64,000 nt of DNA from an uncultured delta proteobacterium (GTDB taxonomy: Bacteria; Myxococcota; Kuafuiibacteriia; Kuafuiibacteriales; Kuafuiibacteriaceae): assembly GCA_963803435.1 (NCBI GenBank), contig CAWDML010000009.1, forward strand, positions 1,376,001-1,440,000, written 5' to 3'. The position numbers and the translations under genes were made by a program. The notes beneath the pieces were generated by a model, which worked only from the letters and a program-made list of their open reading frames with translations, was not told where the DNA came from and did not search any database. Of the stretch, positions 52,012-61,192 are shown piece by piece (position 1 is the first letter of the stretch; every line of letters starts with the position of its first letter).

Positions 52012-54165
52012 ATGCTTCGCCTCAACGACATCATCGAAAAAGTCCATTCGTACCACCCGAATGCGGACATCGATCTGATCAAGAAGGCGTACGTCTACTC
52101 CGCGAAGGCCCACCAAGGTCAGGTCCGGAAATCCGGTGAGCCGTACCTCGTCCACCCGCTCGAGGTCTGCGGGCTGCTCGCCGACATGCGGCTCGATGAG
52201 TTCTGCATCTGTGCCGGGATCCTGCACGACACCGTCGAGGACACGACCACCACCGTCCAGGAGCTCGAGTCGCTCTTCGGGAAGCAGGTCGCCGAGATCG
52301 TCGACGGCGTAACCAAGCTGTCCAACATTCCCTACAACACCGCCTACGAGAAGCACGCAGAGAACTTCCGCCGGATGCTCGTCGCGATGGCGAAGGACAT
52401 CCGCGTCATCCTGGTGAAGCTCGCGGATCGCCTTCACAACATGCGGACCCTGGAGCACATGGCGGCCCACAAGCAGGAGCGGATCGCCAAGGAGACGCTC
52501 GAGATCTACGCGCCGCTGGCCAACCGTCTCGGCATCTACTGGATGAAGGCGTCGCTCGAGGATCTCTGTCTCAAGTACCTCCATCCCAAGGACTGGGAGG
52601 ACATCGACCAGAAGCTGCGCCAGAACGCGAAGGTCCACGAGGGCTGGATCGAGGAGATCCGCGCCGTTTTGCAGAAGAAGATGGAGGAAGGCGGTGTTCC
52701 CTGCCAAGTGCAGGGGCGCATCAAACACGTCTACTCCATCTGGAGAAAGCTCAAGTCGCAGGGCATCGAGTTCGATCAGGTCCACGACATCATCGCGTTC
52801 CGGCTCATCACCGACAACATCGCCCACTGCTATCAGGCCCTCGGCATCTGCCACGCAGCCTGGCGTCCGGTGCCGGGTCGGTTCAAGGACCTGGTCGCGA
52901 TGCCCAAGCCGAACGGCTACAAATCGCTGCACACCACGGTGATCGGTCCCGACGTCCAGCGCGTCGAGATCCAGATCCGTACCCGCGACATGCACGAGGT
53001 CGCCGAGTTCGGGATCGCGGCGCACTGGGCCTACAAGGAGGGGAAGCCGGACACGAAGGACGATCAGTTCGGGTGGCTGCGCCAGCTGATGGAGTGGCAG
53101 AAGGAGCTGACCGATCCGACCGACTTCATCGCCACCGTCAAGGTCGACCTCTTCAGCGACGAGGTCTACGTCTTCACTCCCAAGGGTGAGGTGCGCGAGC
53201 TCAAGCGCGGCTCGACCCCGATCGACTTCGCGTACCTGATCCACACCGAGATCGGACACCACTGCGTCGGCGCCCGCGTGAACGGCCGCATCGTGCCGCT
53301 GCGCTACCGGCTGAAGAACGGCGACACGGTCGAGATCATGACCTCGCCGACGCAGCGGCCGAACAAGGACTGGCTCAACTTCGTCCAGACCGCCCGGGCG
53401 CGGGCGCGGATCAACGCCTATCTCCGCAAGGAGCAGCGGCGGCGCGCGATCGGCCTGGGCAAGGAGATCCTCGATCGCGAGTTCAAGCGCTACGGCAAGT
53501 CGCTCCAGAAGCTGCTCAAGAACGGCGAGCTGGAGCGGGCCGCCTCGCACAGCAAGTACTCGAAGGTCGACGACATGCTGGCGGCCGTCGGCTACGGCAA
53601 GCTGCGCGCGACCGACCTGGTCCAGCGCGTCCTCCCCAAGGAGCTCATCGACAAGGGCCCCAAGGAGGAGACCAAGCCGAAGACGCGCCTCGGCCAGCTC
53701 ATCGAGGCCGTCGCCAAGAAGAGCAAGTCGGGCGTGACGGTGCAGGGCATCGACGAGATGCTGGTGCGCTTCGCCAAGTGCTGCAGCCCGGTGCCGGGCG
53801 ATCCGATCGTCGGCTTCGTGACGCGCGGCCGCGGGATCACCGTACACGCGATGAACTGCCCCAAGGCGCTGCAGCTCGATCTCGAGCGCAAGGTCGAGGT
53901 GAACTGGGACAGCAAGGCGACCGTCCCGCGCTCGGTTCAGCTCAAGGTCATCACCGACGACAAGCCCGGGATCCTCGCCACCATGTCGCAGGCCTTCAGC
54001 GGCGCCGGCGTCAACATCCTCAACGCGAATTGTCGCGCGCGGAAGGACAGCCGCGCGGTGAACATGTTCATGGTCTCGATCAAGGACACGCAGCAGCTGC
54101 GGACCGTGATGAAGGCGATCGAGAACCTGGCGGGCGTGCACTCGGTCGAGCGCGTGGGCGCTTAG
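52012..54165 (+). CDS. relA: Bifunctional (p)ppGpp synthetase/hydrolase (long RSH)
   Basis: RKSGEPY..HP, LHDTVED, KLADRLHN, PKPNGYKSLHT, EIQIRT, TGS, CC zinc finger, ACT. Confidence 0.95.
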   Translation: MLRLNDIIEKVHSYHPNADIDLIKKAYVYSAKAHQGQVRKSGEPYLVHPLEVCGLLADMRLDEFCICAGILHDTVEDTTTTVQELESLFGKQVAEIVDGVTKLSNIPYNTAYEKHAENFRRMLVAMAKDIRVILVKLADRLHNMRTLEHMAAHKQERIAKETLEIYAPLANRLGIYWMKASLEDLCLKYLHPKDWEDIDQKLRQNAKVHEGWIEEIRAVLQKKMEEGGVPCQVQGRIKHVYSIWRKLKSQGIEFDQVHDIIAFRLITDNIAHCYQALGICHAAWRPVPGRFKDLVAMPKPNGYKSLHTTVIGPDVQRVEIQIRTRDMHEVAEFGIAAHWAYKEGKPDTKDDQFGWLRQLMEWQKELTDPTDFIATVKVDLFSDEVYVFTPKGEVRELKRGSTPIDFAYLIHTEIGHHCVGARVNGRIVPLRYRLKNGDTVEIMTSPTQRPNKDWLNFVQTARARARINAYLRKEQRRRAIGLGKEILDREFKRYGKSLQKLLKNGELERAASHSKYSKVDDMLAAVGYGKLRATDLVQRVLPKELIDKGPKEETKPKTRLGQLIEAVAKKSKSGVTVQGIDEMLVRFAKCCSPVPGDPIVGFVTRGRGITVHAMNCPKALQLDLERKVEVNWDSKATVPRSVQLKVITDDKPGILATMSQAFSGAGVNILNANCRARKDSRAVNMFMVSIKDTQQLRTVMKAIENLAGVHSVERVGA

Positions 54166-54169
54166 TTTA

Positions 54170-54558
54170 GAGCCGGTCCAGAAACCGTTCCGTTCGCAGT
54201 TTGCTGTTTCGTCGTTCTGTCATCACGACCATCCGTGAGCACGTGACGCTTCACGCCTCGCTTGGCTCGATCCGTCGGGTTCGGACCGGTCAGGTCCCCC
54301 CTTTTGGAGCCTTGACGATCGCGCTGTCGAGTGAAGTCCACTTCCACTGTATGCCGCGCCTCCTGTCGTAGTACCGCAGCAGCTCAGCGAAGATCCCGGT
54401 GAAGATCCCTGCTGCGCACCATGCCGCGAATCGACTGTGGCACGTCGAACCGGAGCTGAACTCGCGCGGCAGGGCCTTCCACTGGCACCCTGTCCGAAGG
54501 CGATAGACGATACCTGCCATCACGACGCGGAACGGTCCGGAGGTTTTCGGACCGGCTC
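54170..54558 (-). mobile_element. Internally deleted IS5-family element (389 bp) with intact terminal inverted repeats and TTA target duplication
   Basis: TIRs GAGCCGGTCCAGAAACC / GAGCCGGTCCGAAAACC; TTA at 54167-69 and 54559-61; transposase fragments YRLRTGCQWKALP and GPNPTDRAKRGVKRHVLTDG. Confidence 0.88.
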
Positions 54559-54569
54559 TTAGCAGCTCG

Positions 54570-54959
54570 TTACCGGACCGCGATGGCGTCGATCTCGAAG
54601 GCGGCCCCCGCCGGGAGCGCGGCCACCGCCACCGTCGAGCGAGCCGGCTTCACCCCGCGGCTGAAGAAGCCGGCGTAGATCTCGTTCATCTTCGTGAAGT
54701 CGGCCATGTTGGTGAGGTAGACGGTGGTGCGGACCACGTCCTGCTCCGAGAGGCCTGCGGCGCCCAGCACCGCGCGCAGGTTCTCGAAGGCACAGCGCAC
54801 CTGGGCCTCGATCCCGCCGTCCACCAGCTTCATCGTGCTCGGGTCGAGCCCGACCTGGCCCGACAAAAACACCATCTCCTTGTGCTCGGTCGAGACGGCC
54901 TGGGAATAGGGGCCGATCGCTCTGGGGGCGCTGTGGCTGGTGATCTGACGCTTCGACAT
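54570..54959 (-). CDS. ridA: RidA/YjgF family enamine deaminase
   Basis: APRAIGPYSQAV, FLSGQ, PARS.VAVAALP..EIDAIA. Confidence 0.9.
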   Translation of the reverse strand: MSKRQITSHSAPRAIGPYSQAVSTEHKEMVFLSGQVGLDPSTMKLVDGGIEAQVRCAFENLRAVLGAAGLSEQDVVRTTVYLTNMADFTKMNEIYAGFFSRGVKPARSTVAVAALPAGAAFEIDAIAVR

Positions 54960-54971
54960 GGCGCGCGTATA

Positions 54972-56411
54972 TCACACCCGTGCGGCGAGGATCTTGGGTC
55001 GCTTCGCACCGGTCACCAGCGCGTCGACCTCGTCGGCGGCCTGCAGCGCCGAGAGGTAAGCGCCCTCGATCCCGAGCCCGGGCAGGACGGCCGGCCCGGC
55101 GAGGAAGACGTTCTTGAGCGCCGTCTTCGTGGGCACGCCCGCGATGCCGGCGGTGGGATCGAGGTCGTGCTGGTAGAGCGGATGATCGATCTCGAGGCGC
55201 ACCGTCTCCGGATGGCCCGCGTCGAGAAACGGGATCACGCGGCTCACGCGGGCGCGCACCACCAGGTCCAGGGTCTCGTGGCGCTGGGCGTGGGCGAGGG
55301 CCGTCGACACCGGATGGAGCGCGATCAGCCGCACCCGCAGCTTGGTCACCGGCTCGACGGTGAGCCAGATCGGACGGTCCTCGCCCTCCGGATCGTTGTC
55401 GTCGAAGCGGGAGCGATCCTTTCTTCCATTCAGTAGAATCGCGTGCGACGCCAGGCCCGGCGGGATCACCTCGACGTCGGCCTCGATCCCGAGCGCCTGC
55501 AGGCGCCCGCGCGGCTTCGCCGACTGGAGCAGCAGCGCCAGCTCCTTCTTCTTCGGCGTGAACGCATCCAGCCCCGAGAGATCGCTGGAGGCGTCGATCA
55601 GGTAGTCGGCCGTGACGGTGTCGCGACGCCCGGTCAGCCGCACCTCGAGCTTCTTGCCCTCGGGCGAGACCGACTCGACCGCGGCGCGCTCCACCGTGAA
55701 GCCCTTCCGCTCCGCCAGATCGAGGAACACCTGTCGGAGCGGCCGCCCATCCTCGAAGCGGGAGAGCCCGCGCAGGAAGCGGCCCATCACGCGGGAGAAG
55801 CGGGCGACCGTCGCCTGGTCGGGACGGCGGCAGTCGAGGTGCGAGAGGAACGGCATCGGCGCGAGCAGCAGCTCCGAGATCGGGCTGTCGTCCCCGGGCG
55901 GGAGGAGGCCGCTGCCCTCGAGGCTCTGCGTGACCTCGGGGTGCTTGCGGGCGGCGGCCGAGAACGTACGGCGCGCGAAGAAGCCGGCCGGCGGGATCTC
56001 GCCCGCCTGGGCCAGGAAGTCGCCGGCACCCTGCTCGGCGGCGTCGAGGGCACCGAACACGTTGCTCAGGGCTTCGGTATGGTTCGTCAGCCAGCGGCTC
56101 ACCTCCCTGGTCAGCGCGCTGCGGTTCGCGCGGAGGTCGAGGCGGGCCTCGGGGAAGATCACCTGAAGGAGCGGAGCCAGCGCGACCGCCTTGATCTTGA
56201 GGTCCTCGCGCACCGACAGCTCGGAGTGCACCAGGGCCATCGCGACCGAGCCTTCCTCGGACGGGATCAGATCGAAGAGATCGCGCTCGAGGCTGTTGAG
56301 CTCGCCCTGATCGATCAGGAGACCGCGCAGGCCGCGCTTGGCCAACAGCGCCGCCGCGAGCGTCGCCGCCAGCCCGCCACCCACCACGATCGCCGAGTAG
56401 TGCTTCGACAC
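54972..56411 (-). CDS. FAD-dependent oxidoreductase (phytoene desaturase-like)
   Basis: N-terminal IVVGGGLA..LAKRG; C-terminal TALKNVFLAG..PGLGIEG. Confidence 0.7.
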   Translation of the reverse strand: MSKHYSAIVVGGGLAATLAAALLAKRGLRGLLIDQGELNSLERDLFDLIPSEEGSVAMALVHSELSVREDLKIKAVALAPLLQVIFPEARLDLRANRSALTREVSRWLTNHTEALSNVFGALDAAEQGAGDFLAQAGEIPPAGFFARRTFSAAARKHPEVTQSLEGSGLLPPGDDSPISELLLAPMPFLSHLDCRRPDQATVARFSRVMGRFLRGLSRFEDGRPLRQVFLDLAERKGFTVERAAVESVSPEGKKLEVRLTGRRDTVTADYLIDASSDLSGLDAFTPKKKELALLLQSAKPRGRLQALGIEADVEVIPPGLASHAILLNGRKDRSRFDDNDPEGEDRPIWLTVEPVTKLRVRLIALHPVSTALAHAQRHETLDLVVRARVSRVIPFLDAGHPETVRLEIDHPLYQHDLDPTAGIAGVPTKTALKNVFLAGPAVLPGLGIEGAYLSALQAADEVDALVTGAKRPKILAARV

Positions 56412-56420
56412 TTGGGGACC

Positions 56421-57071
56421 TCAGAAGCCCGGGCACTCGAGCGCCGCGCCCGGCGTCTTCAGCCCCGACAGGGTTGCACGCCCGGCCGCGTCCACGTGGA
56501 GCCGGCCCTCGGCCAGCGCCCGGACCACGCCGGGGAGCAGGCGGTGCTCCTCCTCGAGGATCCGCCGGCGGAGGGTGTCGAGGTCGTCGGTCGGCAGCAC
56601 CGGAACTGCTGCTTGCGCCAGGATCGGTCCGGTGTCCACGCCCAGGTCGACGAGATGCACGGTGCACCCCGCGATCTTGACCCCGGCCTCGAGGGCCTGC
56701 TGCTGGGCGTTGACGCCGGGAAAGGCGGGGAGAAGGGCCGGGTGGACGTTGACCACGCGCCCGGCGAAGGGCTCGAGGAGGGTCCGGGTCACGACCCGCA
56801 TGAAGCCGGCGAACACCACCCACTCGGCGCCGGCGCTCCGGAGCGCGTCGAGGACCGCCTGATCGAAGGCCTCGCGCGTGGAAAAGCGGCGGTGGTCGAT
56901 CACCACGGACGGGACGTTCGCCGCGGCCGCCCGGGCCAGCGCCCCCACGCCCGGCTTGTTCACGATCAAGCGGACGATCCGGGCCGGGCCGAGCTCGGCG
57001 TCGAGCAACGCCTGGAAGTTGGTGCCGGTGCCCGACGCGAGCACCGCGATCGGTACCGTGCGCTCAGACAA
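56421..57071 (-). CDS. purN: Phosphoribosylglycinamide formyltransferase
   Basis: IAVLASGTGTNFQA, AGFMR, NVHPALLPAFPG, GCTVH..DTGPI; TTG start overlapping the purM stop. Confidence 0.93.
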   Translation of the reverse strand: MSERTVPIAVLASGTGTNFQALLDAELGPARIVRLIVNKPGVGALARAAAANVPSVVIDHRRFSTREAFDQAVLDALRSAGAEWVVFAGFMRVVTRTLLEPFAGRVVNVHPALLPAFPGVNAQQQALEAGVKIAGCTVHLVDLGVDTGPILAQAAVPVLPTDDLDTLRRRILEEEHRLLPGVVRALAEGRLHVDAAGRATLSGLKTPGAALECPGF

Positions 57072-58116
57072 AGCGGACCTGCTCCTCGTCGCCTTCGCGG
57101 GCGCGGATCGTCCCGATGATCGCGGCGCGCTCGCCCGCCTCCTCGACGGCGCGCACCGCGTCGACGGCATGCTCGGGCGGGACGATCGCGATCAGGCCGA
57201 TGCCCATGTTGAAGGTGCGGAGCATCTCGGCATCATCGACCCCGCCGGCGCGCTGCACGAGGCCGAAGATCGGCGGCGCGCTCCAGGCGCTCCGATCGAT
57301 CTCGGCAGTGGCGTCGCCAGGCATGACTCGGGGAAGGTTGCCCTCGATCCCGCCGCCGGTGATGTGCGCCAGCGCCTTGACGCCCGCGGTGATCGCCGCG
57401 CGCGCGACGTCGACGTAGATCGCGGTGGGCTCCAGCATGGCGTCGCCGACGGTCGTGCCGAGCTCTGGGACGGCCTCGTCGAGACGATGCCCACCGCGCT
57501 CGAGCACCGCCTTACGGGCGAGCGAGTAGCCGTTGCTGTGCAGACCGCGCGAGATGACACCGACGCAGCGATCGCCGGGCCGCACCGAGTTGGCTCCGTC
57601 CAGGATCGAGGCGCGCTCCACCACGCCCACCGCGAAGCCCGCCAGATCGTACTCGCCCTTCGCGTACAACCCGGGGAGCTCGGCGGTCTCTCCGCCGACG
57701 AGCGCGCAGCGGGCACGCCGGCAGCCCTCGGCGATCCCGCGGACGACATCGGCCGCGACGCCCGCGTCGAGCTGGCCGGTCCCGAAGTAGTCGAGGAAGA
57801 AGAGCGGAGTGGCGCCGGTGGTGATCACGTCGTTCACGCACATCGCGACCAGGTCGATCCCGACGGTGTCGTGACGGTTCATCTCGAAGGCCAGCTTGAG
57901 CTTGGTGCCCACGCCGTCGGTGCCCGAGACGAGCACGGGATCGCGGAGGCCCGGGAGCCCGTCGGCGAGGGAGAACAGCGACGCGAAGCCCCCGATCCCG
58001 GCGAGGACACCGGGCCCGTGGGTGGTGCGGGCGATGCGCCCAATCTGCTCGACGAGACGATCCGCCTCGTCGATGTCGACACCCGATGCCTTGTACGTCA
58101 GACCGGAGCCGGTCAC
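57064..58116 (-). CDS. purM: Phosphoribosylformylglycinamidine cyclo-ligase
   Basis: YKASGVDI, GTDGVGTK, DLVAMCVND, GGETAE, GLHSNGYS, AHITGGG, FNMGIG. Confidence 0.96.
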   Translation of the reverse strand: MTGSGLTYKASGVDIDEADRLVEQIGRIARTTHGPGVLAGIGGFASLFSLADGLPGLRDPVLVSGTDGVGTKLKLAFEMNRHDTVGIDLVAMCVNDVITTGATPLFFLDYFGTGQLDAGVAADVVRGIAEGCRRARCALVGGETAELPGLYAKGEYDLAGFAVGVVERASILDGANSVRPGDRCVGVISRGLHSNGYSLARKAVLERGGHRLDEAVPELGTTVGDAMLEPTAIYVDVARAAITAGVKALAHITGGGIEGNLPRVMPGDATAEIDRSAWSAPPIFGLVQRAGGVDDAEMLRTFNMGIGLIAIVPPEHAVDAVRAVEEAGERAAIIGTIRAREGDEEQVRFV

Positions 58117-58147
58117 GGCGCCTCAGTCGATCATCGGTGGAGCACGG

Positions 58148-58390
58148 TCAAGCCGTTCCCCGGTCGTTCGCCGCCACCCAGCTGAGAAAGCGCAGCCGCT
58201 CGACCAGCTCCTTGAGCGCGATCCGCACGACCTCGTGCGCGTCATCGGTCTTGGTCAGCGCCATGGCCTCCTCGAGCAACGCGCGCTCCTCGGTCGAAAG
58301 GCCGACGGTCAATCGACCGCTCTCTCGCTCGTGGAAGCGCTCGCTGCTTCGGTCGCCGGTCTCTCGATCCACCCAGGTCACGTCCTCCAT
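58148..58390 (-). CDS. Small ribbon-helix-helix / VapB-antitoxin-like protein
   Basis: RLTVGL..ALLEEAMALT..EVVRIALKELVER pattern. Confidence 0.5.
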   Translation of the reverse strand: MEDVTWVDRETGDRSSERFHERESGRLTVGLSTEERALLEEAMALTKTDDAHEVVRIALKELVERLRFLSWVAANDRGTA

Positions 58391-58481
58391 CCCTGCAGCC
58401 CTCATCCCCCGAGAAGGTGTTCGAAGTAGGATATCGGATCGTTTTGTGTCAAGGCGCACACGTGCTAAGCCCTCGAACGCG

Positions 58482-59114
58482 TTGGCGAGGCGGCACATCC
58501 CGAGGTTGGACGTCAACCCGGTCCATCCCGAGCCCCACAAGATCCGACAGGCCGCCGCGCTCCTGGAGGCGGGCCGCGTCGTGGTGTATCCAACGGACAC
58601 CATCTATGCGCTCGGGGCTGACATGCACTCGCGCACCGCGATCGACCGGCTGTACCAGCTCCGCCGCCTCGATCCCCACAAGCCGCTCTCCCTGATCTGC
58701 GGCGGGATCGCTGAGGTCGGACGGTACGCCGTGATCTCCAACGACTGCTTCCGCTTCATGAAGCGACGGCTTCCCGGGCCGTACACGCTGGTGCTGAGGG
58801 CGACGCCCGAGGCGCCCCGGATGGGCAAGTCGAAGCGCCGCGCGATCGGCTTGCGCGTCCCCGACAGCCCGGTGGCGACTGCGCTGGTCCAGGCGCTCGG
58901 GCGACCGCTGGTCTCGACCTCGGCGATCTTCGACGGCGACGCGCCCTCGGATCCGATCGTGCTGGCCGAGACGCTCGATCCACAGATCGTCGGCCTCGTC
59001 CTCGACGCCGGTCTCTTGTTTGGTGTGCCATCGACCGTGATCGACTGGACCGAAGAGGAGCCCGAGATCGTGCGCGAGGGCGCGGGCGACGTGTCTGACC
59101 TCGCGCCTCCATGA
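58482..59114 (+). CDS. Sua5/YciO/YrdC family protein
   Basis: VYPTDTIYALG, KPLS, LPGPYT, IGLRVPD, LVSTSA, PSTVID. Confidence 0.88.
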   Translation: MARRHIPRLDVNPVHPEPHKIRQAAALLEAGRVVVYPTDTIYALGADMHSRTAIDRLYQLRRLDPHKPLSLICGGIAEVGRYAVISNDCFRFMKRRLPGPYTLVLRATPEAPRMGKSKRRAIGLRVPDSPVATALVQALGRPLVSTSAIFDGDAPSDPIVLAETLDPQIVGLVLDAGLLFGVPSTVIDWTEEEPEIVREGAGDVSDLAPP

Positions 59115-61192
59115 TACCGTCCCCCAGCGTGCTCGAAGTGCCCGAGGAAGGCCTCCCGAGCGACTTCGGGAAGTATCGGCTCGACAAGCGCATCGCGACC
59201 GGCGGCATGGCCGAGATCTTTCTGGCCCATCGGAAGGACCAGGAGAGCGAGCCGCTGGTCATCAAGCGGATCCTGCCGCACCTGGTGAAGACCAGCGAGT
59301 TCGTCTCGATGCTCCTGGACGAGGCGCGGATCGCGGCCCAGCTCAAACACCCCAACATCGTCGAGATCTTCGACGTCGGTCAGATCGACGGCGCGTACTA
59401 CATCGCGATGGAATACGTGCACGGCGAGGACATCCGCCGGATCTACAACCGCGCGTACAAGCTCCAGCGCTCGCTGCCGCTGTCGCACTCGATCACCGTC
59501 ATCGCCGACGCCGCCAAGGGCCTCGGCTTCGCGCACAAGCTCACCGACACCATCACCGGTCGGCCGACCGGCGTGGTCCATCGCGATGTCTCGCCGCAGA
59601 ACATCCTGGTGACCTACGAGGGCGGCGTGAAGGTGGTCGACTTCGGGATCGCGAAGGCGGCCAACAAGGTGGCGCAGACCCGCGCCGGCGTGCTCAAGGG
59701 CAAGTACAGCTACATGTCGCCGGAGCAGGCGCTCGGCGATCCCATCGACCACAAGACGGACATCTTCGCCCTCGGCATCATCCTCTACGAAACCACCACC
59801 GGCACGCGGCTCTTCAAGCGCCACAACGAGCTGGCGACGCTCCAGGCCATCATCAAGTGCGAGTTCGTCCCGCCGAGCGAGGCGCTCCCCGGCTATCCTC
59901 CGGATCTCGAGCGGATCCTCCTCCGCGCGCTGGAGAAGCATCCGAGCGATCGCTACGACGACGCCGAGGAGTTCTCGCGCGATCTCTTCGGCTTCCTCCG
60001 GCAGTCGGGGCTGTACGTCGAGCGCACGGTGATCTCCGACTTCATGCACGACCTCTTCGAGGATCGGATCGAGGAGGCGGAGGGCACCGGGCGGCCGGCG
60101 CTCCCCAGCCCGGAGGAGGTCAAGGAGGAGATGCGGGACGGCACCACGCCGATGCGATCCCATCCCGAGCTGCCGCCGAAGCTCGACGAAGAGGATCAGG
60201 GCGAGCCCGACCGCACGGTGGACGATCAGGACCCGCCCCCGGGCTTCGCGATCGCCGCGGACGAGCGCTCCTCCACCGTACCCGAGGACGACCTCGAGCA
60301 CTCGGATCTGCTCCCTGAGAAGCGTAAGCGCACCGAGGTCATCCGGCCCGGGCGCGAGCCGGTGCTGGGCGAGGTGCGGCCGCCGCCCGACCAGGCGCCG
60401 ACCATCGCCGCCCAGCCGATTCTCGATCTGGCGCCGGGCGGCGTCACGCTGGTGCCGAAGGAAGACGTGCCTCCGGAGCGTTCGCTCACCGACTACAAGC
60501 GCGGCGAGCGGACGGAGCAGGTGCGGCTGCGGCAGAAGGCCGAGCCCCGCCGGCGGGCCCGCGACGCGACGGACCAGGAGCTGCCCCCGAGCGAGGAGAG
60601 CACCCTCCGCCGCGTCCTGGTGCCGGTCGCGGTGGTGGGCGGCGCCATCGCCATCGCGATCCTGGCCGGGATCCTCGCCAGCAAGCTCTTCACCCAGCGC
60701 CGGATCGACGAGCCGATCTCACCCGTTCCGCCGGTCGTCGCGTCTGATCCCACCGGTCGGGTCGGGCTCCTCACGGAGCCGGGGGCGTCGATCTACGCGA
60801 ACGGCGAGCTCCTCGGCGTCGCCGGCGCCACCGGGGAGGCAGGTCCGTTCAGCGTGAAGGCGGGGCCGGTCCTGGTGCGCGTGGCGAACGACTCGGTGGG
60901 GTTCGAGCGGGAGCGCGAGGTCAACATCGAGGCCGGCCAGAACTACCAGTTCGAGATCCGCGCGCGGCAAGGCTGGTTGCGGCTGGCGATCGCGCCCTGG
61001 GCGCGCGTGGCGATCGACGGCAAGGATCTGGGGCTCACACCCCTGCCCAAGGTCTCGCTCTACGAGGGCGTGCACCAGGTGGCGCTGGAGAATCCGGATG
61101 TGAAGCGCCGCTACGTCACCACGGCGCGCATCGTCGCCGGCGAGCTGACCGAGCTGAAGGTCAACCTCGAGGACGTCGGCGAACGCATGTGA
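59111..61192 (+). CDS. Membrane Ser/Thr protein kinase with PEGA domains
   Basis: GGMAEIF, VHRDVSPQN, DFGIAK, YMSPE; TM; PWARVAIDG. Confidence 0.92.
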   Translation: MIPSPSVLEVPEEGLPSDFGKYRLDKRIATGGMAEIFLAHRKDQESEPLVIKRILPHLVKTSEFVSMLLDEARIAAQLKHPNIVEIFDVGQIDGAYYIAMEYVHGEDIRRIYNRAYKLQRSLPLSHSITVIADAAKGLGFAHKLTDTITGRPTGVVHRDVSPQNILVTYEGGVKVVDFGIAKAANKVAQTRAGVLKGKYSYMSPEQALGDPIDHKTDIFALGIILYETTTGTRLFKRHNELATLQAIIKCEFVPPSEALPGYPPDLERILLRALEKHPSDRYDDAEEFSRDLFGFLRQSGLYVERTVISDFMHDLFEDRIEEAEGTGRPALPSPEEVKEEMRDGTTPMRSHPELPPKLDEEDQGEPDRTVDDQDPPPGFAIAADERSSTVPEDDLEHSDLLPEKRKRTEVIRPGREPVLGEVRPPPDQAPTIAAQPILDLAPGGVTLVPKEDVPPERSLTDYKRGERTEQVRLRQKAEPRRRARDATDQELPPSEESTLRRVLVPVAVVGGAIAIAILAGILASKLFTQRRIDEPISPVPPVVASDPTGRVGLLTEPGASIYANGELLGVAGATGEAGPFSVKAGPVLVRVANDSVGFEREREVNIEAGQNYQFEIRARQGWLRLAIAPWARVAIDGKDLGLTPLPKVSLYEGVHQVALENPDVKRRYVTTARIVAGELTELKVNLEDVGERM

